NCBI GenBank assembly: GCA_051362555.1
Contig: CM120643.1
Span: 9,796,001 to 9,860,000, forward strand
Source of the DNA: Lingula anatina
Lineage: Eukaryota > Animalia > Brachiopoda
Direction: 5' to 3'
DNA length: 64,000 nucleotides
The notes below the pieces were generated by a model. The model did not search any database, had not been told where the DNA came from, and worked only from the letters and a program-made list of their open reading frames with translations. Below, piece after piece: positions 1 through 12,340 of this stretch; position 1 is the stretch's first letter; each line of letters starts with the position of its first letter. The translations under genes were made by a program, and so were the position numbers.

Positions 1-751
1 TAGTTTTGGATTGGTTTGCCATTGATATTGGACATGGAGATATCACCTTTTTACAATTATACGAAAGGCTGGCCGCGGCCAGCGATCATCGCCCGGAAAA
101 TTTCAGTGACAATCTGTCCAAAGCAGCACATAGGCTTAGGCCTACCAGGTTTTTTTTTTTTTGTAGTGAAGAAAGGGTCGACAAGAGCGTCGTGGTATTT
201 GGTGGACTGAAGGTCGGACAGGCCACCCGATAGTTGGCTGCTACGTGTGAGTCGAAGTAGACAAAATGGCATCGACCGAAATTACCTTTTTTAGATTTGG
301 TAGTAGGAAGCATAGGCCTATCTTTGCTTCCTTCTTTGACAATTCTGTGAAGTGTTCACAATGCTTAAATTTTCTGAAAGTACAAATAAAGACACGCTGT
401 TTATTTGATATTTGTTTTATTGATTGCTATACCAACAGAATGCATGAAATAACCTTAAATAGATTTGGTAATATGCAGCATATATATATTCATGACTTTT
501 TACCTTTCTACGAAGTAGTCCCTATTAACAATGCTTTTATATTTTGAGAGCATGGATAAAGACATGTTGTTAGTTTGATACGTGTTTCTGTGGTAAATTA
601 GTGTTTCCAGCTGTGTACTGAAAACATACCTTTTCTTAAGCAGTTTTTTTTTTTTTTTTGCCCGCTCGCACCGATTTTGGGGTCCCCAGAGGATGTCATC
701 CATAAAAATAAAAAAGCGTGGCCTAAGGATATATATAGGGAGCGAGAATCG

Positions 752-752
<1 letters not shown>

Positions 753-809
<57 letters not shown>
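753..809. repeat. (TA)n microsatellite
   Basis: Pure TA dinucleotide run. Confidence 0.95.
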
Positions 810-814
<5 letters not shown>

Positions 815-1017
815 AGCACCAGTTTGGTACACAAGGCAAAAATATCCACGCGCCAAAATACAAAAAAGAAAAAACAAAAAACAAAAAAAAAATAAGGGTT
901 TGGAAGCTGCATTTCCTCGTATTTAATCTAAACGGACGAATATTAACGATGTTTAATGATAGTCCTTCTCACTAATTTGCCGCTTTCGAGTGCTGTTATC
1001 GAAATAGATCGACTCAC

Positions 1018-2342
1018 CAGCCCAAACATCATGAAGAGGAGCTGTGCCACGTCTGTATACGCCACAGAATACAGTCCGCCCATTAATGTGTACAGGACAG
1101 CTATGGCGGCCGAGACCACAATGGAAATGGTATTGTCCAGACCAATGACGACCGTCAACGAGGAACCTGTAAGCAAAAAATGAACACGAGTTTTTTAATA
1201 ATATCATAATTATATAATTATTTAGAATCTGAAATCCATGAAAATATGTTCTGTAGACTTTACAAATAAAATACAATGCAAAAAATACAAAGAGAAAAGG
1301 ATTAATTTACTACAGCATCATTAGATCTTCATAAGATGCGAAACTATTTCATATACAATGGGATTAAATGTTTTTAAAAATTAAGGTGACTGCTTCTGTC
1401 AAAACGCCCATCATTCTGTTCTAAAGAGACGGCATGTGGACAACATGATGTGAGTTGTGTAAGGTGACGGGTCGTTTAAGGCACTAGGTCACAACGGCAG
1501 TCTTCAGGTGCCGTAAATATTGTAACTAGTACCACTGTTTGACGAACTTGATACGGTATCTATGAAAGCTTGTCCGTGATGCCAAAGCGAAGTACTGGTA
1601 TACTCGATAAGCTTCTTATGTCTTCACTTTCAGGTCAAACATGTGGGAAAGGGACAGCCTAGACTAGAAAGGCCACGCATCAGAAACCATCTATAGCGTC
1701 ACGTGCTTTAGGTTCCCGAATCACGACCGATTTATAATAGCATTACAACCATGCTCATGACACTCATGACGCTCATGTGCCAAAAAGCACATTTTAAATA
1801 TAAGCACGGGGACCTTGGTGGGGACTAACCATTTAGAACAAAAAACGGGTTGGCTGGGATCGAGTGCCCCCCCCCCCCACCCCTCCGCATCCTACACTAA
1901 TTGCTGGTGTGGGGGACGTGGGAGTGGGGTAGGCCTTCTAGCCCTCGCTCCCTACGCCCGTGCACTAATGAGTAGGCCTATGACCCTGCATATCTTACCT
2001 AATGCTGCCAGAATAGCGGCGGCCCACAGGAGATCTCCAATAAGAGCCGGAATGTATAGAAGAGCCGCCATTACAGGGCCATATTTCTCGTGGAATGGGT
2101 CGAGCATCGTGATGTATCCGCTCTCTCGCATCGGCTTGGCGAAAAACAAGCCACCTGAAAGGAAAAAGGTGAATTGACATGTTTATGTTATATTCGAAAA
2201 CTGTAATGGCATTAGTTTTGGCATATTAAATTCGGCATACAAGAAAAGTATCTTTTCTAGCAATTTACGGGAACTTCACCTTTAGTTTGATGAAAAACTT
2301 TGCCGAATTAAAAAAAAAATCAAGCCAAACTTAAGCTTAAAA

Positions 2343-2376
<34 letters not shown>

Positions 2377-4696
2377 CTACCTTAGTAGGTACCGACCCAA
2401 TTTACATTTGATGCTCATCTCTCCTCACGCCTCACCTAATGCCGTCCATGGTGAGCTGCATGGCGGAGTCGAATACCCACCTAGAACTTATTTAAATCAA
2501 GGGAACCTGGTACCAAACCAAAATTATGTTGATGCCCATCTGATGCCAAAGGCCTATACTCAGAACTAACCCGTATCTCCATCTCCAGAGTGTCTTGGTA
2601 CCAAACCTTCTGTTGATGCCCATCTGATGCCAAAACTAATCCGTATCTCCAGGGTGCTTTGGTATCAAACCAACATTCTGTTGATGCTTACCAGATGCCA
2701 AAGAACTTACCCGTATCTACCAAACCAGCATTCTACCGTTATCCACCTACATGGAGCTACTGCCAGAAATGTAGCAGTTCCTTGCCAGAAATGTAGCAGT
2801 TCCTTGTACCATAGTAACTACCAGTTTACACATACCTACGGCCAGAGCCAGACCATATCCCCATGGCGCCTGGCACCAAACCAAACCATTCTTTACCACC
2901 TCCTCCGCCGTACCATTGATGTAGCCACCGCCTACCCATGTGGCTGAAAAATGGGAAATGTTACAATTTTCAAACAAATGCTGTAGCTGTAGGCTGAGAT
3001 ACTTTAATTATAGCATACAGAAATCACTCAAAAAAAAAAAAAAAAACGCTCACTTTTAATTTCTCATGTTAAAGTTGAGATCTTTTTGTTAATGTGTTAG
3101 CTTTACGTGCATGAAATGTATGCTGACAATTTTTTTTTAGAAATGGCAAACGAAGGCTTTTTTTAAATTTCAAAATGGTTAATTCCGGCATGGCGTTTTT
3201 GGACTATGCTTTTTTAATCCACTACCACAGGATGCTGAAAAGCTACTGCATTACAATCTTTAGGTGAGAACGTGACAGATGCAGAGGTAATGAGGCTGTA
3301 CAAACTGGAATTTTATTGAAATATAGAGGATATCTTTTAATTTCTAAGTAAATTTATCCACCTAATATTTGGTATATAAATTTCATCTCAAAATGGATCT
3401 TCAGTTTTAAAAATACGATGACAAAAAGCCCAACACTTTCTATGCAATACATTTATCTTATTTGAAATCTGACAAACGTTTCTTGATTGTATTGGTACGT
3501 GAGCAAAATACAAACGAGAAGTTTTTGAAACCTTAAATGACTAAGTTTCTATCAATAAAACCACTTGACCATAAAATGTAATCACTTAAAAACGTTTTTT
3601 GCAGCACAGTACTATATGTCTTCAACTCTGTCTGAACCCTCTAGTGAATAAAAAAGTTTAATGTTGGGTGTTACATGTATAATAATTATTATTATTTCAG
3701 ACGTATAAACAGTCACCTATCACTTGGGGAAATAAATAAAGATAAATACTGTCAACATTTTTCGTATTCAAGTTTAATGAAGTATAGAGCTACGCATTTT
3801 GTCTTCTTAAAAACACAAAAATTGCCTTCACAATATTTAAAAAAAAAAAAAAGTAAACAGGTAATAAAAAGGAATAAAAGATACAAACGTTCATGACACA
3901 CGACATATGTTGGATTACTGCTAGTGCTGGTATTAGAAGACAATTGATACTGTTGCGTATGGCCGAGGAGATATTATGTTGGAGACAGTGGTTCCGCTAA
4001 CATAATTCCCATAGTCACGCTTTATCGGTCGTGGGAACCAGAGATTGAACGTCGGCACGCATTAAAGGGATAGCTTTATCTCGCTAAACGTTTGACTTTA
4101 GGTGCGATTGCAAATGATATATCAGTTTCAAGCGATTGGCCGTAGCGATAATTAAAGGTGCTCGAGCACCTTTTTGCTGACCGGTCACCAGTGTTAGTTG
4201 GTTTTAAATTGGTCAACTCCATACCAATATACGTTTGTGCATTGGATTTTCTGCTGATAGAGTTGAAAATGACCGAAAGAGCTGTGAATGTAAAGCACTT
4301 TTAGATGGCTGAGAGGATTATTTACATGCCGTTGCTCTCTGTCTGAATTATTATCTGCTTATGTAAAATTATTCAAATCTGGGACCTGCCTTGGGAAATG
4401 CATTTTCTATGTCTTACACTATTGCAACTGCGGTATTGGTATAGGACTAAAATGTAAAGGTTTAATATTCCGTCGTTTACTTTAAGCAAGAGTGTAAAAC
4501 ATGGGTGAACCTGCTCTGAGTAATGCACTTTCTCTGCTTTCAGCTATTGCAGCCACGGTATTGGTAAAAAATTATGAGTTTTAATATTCTGTAGTTAACT
4601 TTTCGCAAGAGTGTTTTGTAAAACTTGGGTTCTGCGAAATTCAGGCGGCCCTAAATCAAAGCGTTTGGGTCTTGTTATAGGACAATAAACATGTTG

Positions 4697-4787
<91 letters not shown>

Positions 4788-5189
4788 TCCACAAAACGGG
4801 CGTTTCCCCCCCCCCCCAATCCCCCAACCTTTTAAAAATTTAAATCACTTGAACGGATCTTCCAACGGGTTTGAGAAAAATTTTCTCAACTTAATTCAAT
4901 AAATCCTACTCTCTTATCAGTCCAATGTGAAATTGTACAACTATAAAAGGAGAAAAAGAAAAAAGACAGGTAAAACAACCATACTTTCTCGTGATATTTA
5001 GTGCCGTAGCATACCTGTCATCGTAAAAATCCCAACAAAGGGTCCGATGTTCCGATTAGCTAGGATCAGCTCCTCACTATCCAACTGCTTGCCTTTCCTT
5101 TTTGCCTTACGACCGGCGATAATCCCAATGATGAATATGACGACATAGAGAATCACTATGGCAACCAGTCCCCACACATTAATTTCCAT
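1018..5189 (-). CDS. SLC5A7: High-affinity choline transporter 1 (SSS family), first four coding exons; gene continues beyond window start
   Basis: Exons 5189-5015, 2943-2836, 2154-1999 and 1166-1018, all GT-AG with matching phases. They encode [15 protein letters not shown]...[28 protein letters not shown]...[18 protein letters not shown]...[18 protein letters not shown], the hallmark CHT1 motifs. Confidence 0.93.
2505..2740. repeat. Degenerate ~60-80 bp tandem repeat resembling the 3' end of SLC5A7 exon 2
   Basis: About three units of ccgtatctcc...ggtaccaaacc...ctgttgatgcc...gatgccaaa. They align by eye to exon 2 sequence ccatatcccc...ggcaccaaaccaaaccattc (2852-2891). Confidence 0.6.
4385..4635. 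repeat. Degenerate ~125-bp tandem duplication in SLC5A7 intron 1
   Basis: acctg...aatgca.tttct...ctattgca...cggtattggta...tttaatattc...gcaagagtgt...aaaac.tgggt occurs twice in tandem. Confidence 0.7.
4703..4782. repeat. Compound (TA)n(GA)n microsatellite
   Basis: Read directly from the sequence. Confidence 0.95.
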
Positions 5190-6300
5190 TCTGTAACAGT
5201 CTTCAGCGAAGAGTTTCGTCGTTATAACTTGCTGCTAACGGTAATGTTTACGACTCAGAGTATCTAGTTGCCGACTGTGATGAGACAGGATGTCTCTTCT
5301 TCGAACAACGACCTCTGCGCACTTCAGGCTTTTGAATTAACGAGGCTGGGTCACTTAAAGTTGCGATTTACGTCCGACTGCGTCCAACTTTTTCAAAAAT
5401 TCTTTCAGTGATGCAAATTTTATATCTTGAAGCACGTATACGCATTTTTGTCCCACAAAAATAACCCCCAGACTTGTAAATAAATTTGAATGGATTCACT
5501 TTCTTGTGCACTCAACTGGTTTTATGGCCTTACATGTAATTATCTAAAGTGTGCAATTTCAGTTATTTCAATCTTTAAAAAAAAATGTATGCACCGCGTT
5601 CAAGTGCAGCACTGAAGATAAGAAATTGTAGACTTCGGGTAAATCATTTAGTTAGCGAGCGTCAACAAATAAACCGTTAAACTGGCCATAATGTGTCCTT
5701 GGGTGTTCTTTGAGCGATTTTATGTAAATCTGACGCGAACCATGGAATTTCGGATTGCGTTTTGTGCGGTATAAAAGCATTCATTACATAGGCCTACTCT
5801 GACCTGTTGGCCAAAACCAGGCTAACAAACAACTTCATATAAAAATACTGGCTGCTATGTTACTACCATGTAATGGTTATGGATATTATTACATAAAGTC
5901 TTCACAAAATGCATGGACATTCTGTTGGTGACGTCATATCAGCGTTTTGGGGGGGTTAAATTGTTATGTTCGATTTTAGGCTATATTCTCATAGGGGTCG
6001 ATTGTCAAAAGAGCAGATTTGGCGATGTGCTGGTGTATCTATTGATAGCAGAAATGAAGTTTAGCCTACATGGAATATGTAAACACAGTACTGACGCGCT
6101 CGTGGCTAGCACGTGATAAATTAATATGTTCCCAATGTTGTGAGTGTACTAGTAGAGGAACTTTAGTAACTTTGGATATGTATACATTTGATTTAAGTGT
6201 CCTCAGTCAATCCAGCTAGCCACAGGCCAGTGCGCTGACCAACTATTTCCGGAGGTAGAAATCATGCATAAAAAAACGATTCGAACTTGGCGCGTCTTTT

Positions 6301-6427
6301 GATAGGATAACGAATTCAACTGAGTCATTTGATTACAGATAGGATAACGAATTCAACAGAGTCATTTGATAGGATAACGAATCAAACTGAGCCATTTGAT
6401 AGGATAACGAATTAAACTGAGCCATTT
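6301..6427. repeat. 30-bp minisatellite x4 (gataggataacgaattcaactgagtcattt)
   Basis: Four near-identical adjacent units, one 7-bp interruption, no unique spacers. Confidence 0.9.
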
Positions 6428-7682
6428 CCCTTGCTAGAAGTGTCAAAAACCTCAAACATAATACCAAAAATAATCATCACAACCTGTAAATCCGAAACAC
6501 ATATTTTTTACCTAACCTAACCTACTCCTGTATAATCATAGTATTCATACATTCAAGTTACCCAACCCCTTTAGGCTTTATTATATCTTCTCACACAGAA
6601 TAATTCTATGGGCTTAATATAATTCATACATATTAAACAAACAGGTTATCATCACTGCTGTCTACTATCCCCACTTACCGTTGTATTACGCGTGATTATG
6701 TCTCAAAACTAAGCTATAGTATATAGAGGCCTAGCCTACATCTCCTGGCGATATATTGCATCGAGTTTAAAGTTTAAGTATAAAACAAAAAGGTAAACTA
6801 AACCGCATCTAAATGTGCATATCAATATTGGTTGTCTCTTTTGTTTGTGGTCGTGAGAACAAGAGAGCATTTTTTATTCACCTGTAGAATTCACCTCAAG
6901 GATGTTTATTGCAAATGTCCCCGCATAAACGATGCTGCGGCGCCCCAATATTCACCGCAATTTTTTAACGGCTGTCTGTATTTTCACAGCAGGTCATCAA
7001 CGTCATGCTAACGGTAAAGACCTACTAGAATGTATTCCTCGAGCTATTCAACCTAATTTTGTTGACAGTGTTGTAGAATGAAGAGATTAAAATTTCATTA
7101 AGCGCAAATTTATAGAGTAAATACAACTGAATAAAAGATAGAAAGTTATGACATGTGAGAATAATTTTCTTAAGGACCAACTGGTGCGAAAATAGTTTTT
7201 ATAGTAGGCGAGAGTGGAAATATCCAAGTTCTATGAGGTTCTGGTTCATTTGGTTGATTTCACAACCAAAAAATAATTTTGGTGACTTTTTCAAATACCG
7301 ACTCAATGGATGAATCAATGGAAATTTTATTTTTAGACATGGAGTATTAGAAAATGAACATCTGTGTCTGAATATAATAGGGTATAATAAGGTATAATAA
7401 TTACTCAACAAAATGTCATTCAATGCCACTATTTGATACTATCTCTCATAGATCAAAGTTTGTATATCACTCACAGGTCCTTTAATACAAAATAATACCC
7501 TGAGGCTCCAAAAACCAACATCTCCCACTAGTTGGAGCACCTGCTGATGAGCAATAAGCATGAGGTTAGAAATACTGGCGCTGAAATGTTTATTCCAATA
7601 CGTTTTCTTTACTTTTTCCTTTTTTAAACTATCCAGACAAGACATATTTCAAAAAGTTCACAATTAATTTGTTGTGTTCAGA

Positions 7683-10600
7683 TTAAATTATTTTTAAGCA
7701 CAGGTAATGTTTGAGTATATTTGGCACAGGAAGAAGCTGTATACGTGGCCATATGCTTTTGTTCTTCGACAGACTCTGAATGTGTCTTCTGCAAGTCAAT
7801 CTTGCTAGAGATTTCAGAGAGAAAGGATTCCTGGAAACAACTGTTAAATATTCCAGGATCTGGTCAATAATCTCTCTTCCAACAATATAGGAAATCATCC
7901 CGACATCCACCAGCTTTGTCCAGTCGTAGTTGCCCGCAGCCTCGACCAACACCATGACAAGGTCAAGCTGCCCGCTGTTTAATATCCTCAGCAAGGCGTC
8001 TCCTTTCTCCATCACAAACCCTGTATCGCACCCATGCTGTAACAGCAGCTGGCAAAATGAGTACCTCTGCTCCTCCAATGCTAGGTAGAACGGCGACCGA
8101 GTGGTGCACAGCTGTAGGTAGTTGGTGGCAGAGAACTTGTACTGGACTTGGTTGTGGTTGAGCTCCACGCCACAACCAATCACAAACTCAACCAGCTGTG
8201 GGTTGCCTGAGAGTATGGCGTGGTGGAGGGTGCTTTCACCGGAACGACTGCGAGAGTTGATGTCCAGGCCATACTGGACCAGGAGCTTGAAGATGTCAAG
8301 AGAAGATGTGTAGAAAGCTGGCGTGAGTCTGTAGTCGAGTTCAATCTCATTAGGGTTAGCCCCTGCTTCCAGCAATGCCTGAAAATAGTAATAATAATAA
8401 TATGTACAATTAGAAAGCACCCTAAGAAGACAGACCTCCGCCAAGGAAAAAAAAAAAAGCAATCACTGAAAGAGCTAACATGGCTTAAGAGACCATGATT
8501 TGGTTGAAATTGTAATCTATTCTTTCATGAGTATCTGCCCATTGTGAAATTTTAATCAACATTTGTGAGGAGCTTTTTAGATATCCTGTCCTCTAACAAA
8601 CCGTCAAACAGACACAGCAACATTGATGAAAGCATAATCTCCTTTGTTGACAGAGGTAAAGTTAAAGTCATAATAACTCTTCGTTTTGGCCTAAAAATGG
8701 ATTTTCCTGGAGTAAACGTTAATTTTCCCGTACTTACCAATGGTCAACGACCCCATTCCTGCATTCAAAGTTAGTCCAGGTTTTTTCCTACATGTTTGGC
8801 TTTTGTTAAAATCTCTTAAGAGATTTTAACTGACGGAGCCCTCTCTGACATTGCATAGTCACGCGATATTGAGCAATATTTTCTGGTGACTTACTTAAAA
8901 CCGCGGGAAAAGCAGACAACAACAACACTTTATAACAATAATGTACGATTCATAAGATATATTCGTCTTATTGCTCAAAATGCATTTATATCTACAATGT
9001 GTGAAATTCTGGGCTTTTCGTTATCCGATGCACTGTTAAAAAACTCACAACTTACGTCTGCAGATTGCATCATGTGTTTGGCGCCATATTATTTTGGTCT
9101 CGAATGAACGCGAGAATCCGCGAGACACCCCAACGTCATTGGCAACGGATGCCTTGACGACCCGGAAGAAAGGCATGGAAAGCCCTATTGACAAGCACGG
9201 ATTTTAGTTTTACTACAATAACAGCCGTTTTAATGGTAAAATGCAATAGAATATATTTTCATGCATTGTTTACAATGTAAATCTTGCAGAATTTTGAATC
9301 TCAAAGGAAGAGTTATTATTGCTTTAAGTAAAAATCTTAAACATTATAACTGACTTCTACCTCAGTACTGGCCACTCCAATGTGCTCTGTTCTGCTTGTG
9401 ATTATTTTTAATTCAAATTTCAATATTACTACTTCCTTTCCACTGACAATTGGGTTCTGTAATAATCTCATATCAACCTTGCTTTTTTTTCAAAATTAAC
9501 TTTTTCTCACCTGTATGACATCCTTATTGCTGCCAGCACATGCTGCATGCAAAGGTGTGAAGTTGATATCATTCAAGCCACGGTTCACGTTGCACCCTCC
9601 CTGTATTAAAGCCCTCACTATCTCAGCAGAGCCATGGTTAATTGCTAGCTGTAGGGAGCTAGACCTAGGGAAGTAAATGGTATATACTGAATAGTATAAT
9701 AACAATAAGTAGGAAGAGGATGCAACCTTTTACAGCTGACAATTTTTAGTTCATAGATTTTCTACAAGTTTCAAATGTAATTGTTAATTTAGGAAAGGTG
9801 AAGGCAGTTACTATACACTAGGTATTAATTTTACTTTGAATGTAAGTTTAGCACAGGACAGTGATATCATATTCTCCACTTAATAACGGTTCTTTGGAAC
9901 CCATTAGAATGAAAATTAATCTGTTGCTGCGTTCAGCATCCTTTGAACTAAAATAACTTTATGCGAACAGCTCACGAAGTAGATAATTCAATTGCACTCA
10001 CTATGTTTATTCACTGAAGAGCATATAGTTTCTTCAGAAGGACTCAAACCTTTCACATTTTTTGCTGCCGTTAAAACTGATAGATTCAACCTAAATTTAG
10101 CTCTTAGTGAAACTTGTGACATGCCATATAATTTTCACTATAGTTTATCAAAATTTGTTCTTGGGCTTAATTTACCCACTATATACATGGCACAATATTT
10201 ATATCACTATATACATGGCACAATATTTATATCTGTGTAACTTATTTACTTATCAGTCTTATGTAATTGTCATTAATCCTAATTATCTATGTCATCAAAC
10301 TGGCTTTAAACAGCCATGTAAACAGCTATGTAACTGTGGTTTTAAGACTAAACATATCCTTTCATGTAACATGTTTATAGTATGTTTATGGTAAATTTAT
10401 AATCACACCAAGGTTTATCTCATTACTTAGATAGAATATTTTATGAGTAATTTTACTAGTACGTATGTTCATTATATAAAGATTATTTTTTCATTCACAA
10501 ATGGCTAGGCAACATAATACCAACAAGAGAAATGGTAATGCACTAATTGTATTGTATCGTCATTAGTATATCATATTGTGCAAGGTCATGACAATCTATG

Positions 10601-11722
10601 TACCAGTACAGAAATAAATTGAATTGAACTGAATATATCAAATGGTATTTTACCTGACCAAAAATATAATCTAGTATTTAACACCAACCCTAAACTGTCC
10701 ACTGCTTCCATATCACACCCAGCCCACACCAACAACTTCACAATTTCTATATTTTCAGTTCGTATGGCCTGGGACAATGGGGACATTTTCAGGTTGTAGC
10801 CTCTAATCAATCCTGGCTTGTCAAGATCACATCCTTGTTGTATTAGCTGTCTACAAGTTGTTATGTCCCCCTGGAATGAGAGATAAAAGGAACTTAGTAA
10901 TACTGTATATTAAAATTTTCACACCTTTTAAAAAATTTTAATACAAACATTAATGTATTCCATCAGTAAATACAATGTATCAATCTTTCTCCTTATTTGC
11001 TGTTTAATGAGAAAAAGGAATGAACACAAGATAGATATCTAAAAATAAAATCAGAAAAAGGAGCTGACTTCCATTTTCCATTGAAACCAAAATGGAAAAA
11101 GTATACACATTTTCCCATTGTCTCACTCCCTCACAGAAGGGATAATGCCCTATATTCTAATATATTTTTCCCTCCCGATATTGGAAAACGGTGAATATTT
11201 CTATTTTTAATCACATCTGGAAATATTGTTTTTGCTCTTTGCTGTTAAAATAGAAAATAGAAGAATAACTAAGTACTAGTACCTCGTTTTTTTCCAATTT
11301 TGTTTTTAAAAGGAAAAAGGAAATCACAGTTAATTTTTCTCGTTTTATTTTGACCATCTGTCAGGTGAAAAGGAAAAAGGACCTTTTTTACCATTTTCTG
11401 ACGAAATGGAAATTTTCACCCCATTGAATATTAACTGAGCTCCCATAATATTTGGAGGGCATTAATAAGTTCCACGTAAAAATTGTTGAAATTAGTAAAC
11501 AAATTGCCATACTAATTTACTTGAGTGACCGAGACATTGATCAAAGTCACCACACATATTAATTTATAAAAGCTATTGAATATCACAGAGTTAGTTAGTT
11601 ATATGGGGGGATACTACGAAAATGCTACGAAGGTGCCCAGATTTGCTTACTTCTGTGACAGCTTGAAACAAGGGGTTATCGTCTGATGTTGACATCTGTC
11701 CTTGCTCCTGTAATCCATGCAT
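7683..11722 (-). CDS. Ankyrin repeat and SOCS box-containing (ASB-like) protein, ~367 aa, 4 coding exons
   Basis: Exons 11722-11651 (MHGLQEQGQMSTSDDNPLFQAVTE), 10870-10689, 9664-9511 and 8378-7683, intron phases 0/2/0. Ankyrin motifs SPLSQAI, SSLQLAI, TPLHAAC and STLHHAI are present, with a C-terminal SOCS box PFSLKSLARLTCRRHI...LPVPNILKHYL. Confidence 0.85.
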
Positions 11723-12076
11723 TAAACACTACCTTCTTTTTGTGATAGCTACATTGTCAAAAATAAAACTGAAGACAAAGACAGGAAAAATTCCTTCTGC
11801 AAGCAAATAACAACAATAAAGTCAAATCTGGGAGAAATCGGGTAACCACAAGGTTGGCGTATTTCCTTCCTTCATTAGAAAAGAGCTTAACATGCTTCAC
11901 GACGTTCCAACTTAATTTTTATACATATAAGTTTACCCTCTAATTATTACAATTTTTAGTAATTCTTTGACGATAAAAACATTTTGAATTGGTAATTTTT
12001 ATGGAAGAGTAATGTGAAATCCTAAAAGCACTCCACAAACGCACAGACCCTTTTACTGCGCATCCTACTGCGCTGA

Positions 12077-12234
12077 TGACGTCACGATTCTGGAAACTTC
12101 CGTAAACAGAAGCTTGTCGGTTGAGAAGGTTCGAGTACGTTCTTGCAGTTTCTAGTTTTCGGAGGCTCTAGGCAGTGCAAAAATAGACATGCGTAGGGTA
12201 TATAAACGGCCGGCTTGCCATGAAGAAGTCAGTT
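12077..12234 (+). promoter_or_regulatory. HSP70 heat-shock promoter: CRE, two HSE arrays, TATA box, initiator
   Basis: TGACGTCA at 12077-12084. Perfect 3-unit HSE aTTCtgGAAacTTCc at 12087-12101. Extended imperfect HSE aGAAggTTCgaGtAcgTTCttGcAgtTTCt at 12124-12153. TATATAAA at 12199-12206, and TCAGTT Inr at 12229-12234, about 30 nt after TATA. Confidence 0.88.
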
Positions 12235-12340
12235 ATAAATCTAAGCACAGAAGTAAGCGGAGAAAAGACGGTATTGGTTAAGAAACCAATCGACTTTACA
12301 TTTTCATTAACTCAATATTTAATAGAGATACAGCGACAAC

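Noticed and set aside
500-926. ORFs with IYIYIY, and similar ERERER, LSLSLS or poly-F ORFs elsewhere (33375, 40102, 59390)
   Set aside because: These are translations of microsatellites and homopolymers.
6301-6427. 30-bp direct repeats as a CRISPR array
   Set aside because: Units are adjacent with no unique spacers, there are no cas genes, and the context is eukaryotic.
8540-9330. Possible transposon remnants in the ASB intron, including a 26-bp palindrome at ~8805-8830
   Set aside because: I could not pair termini or find a TSD, so boundaries are unsupported.
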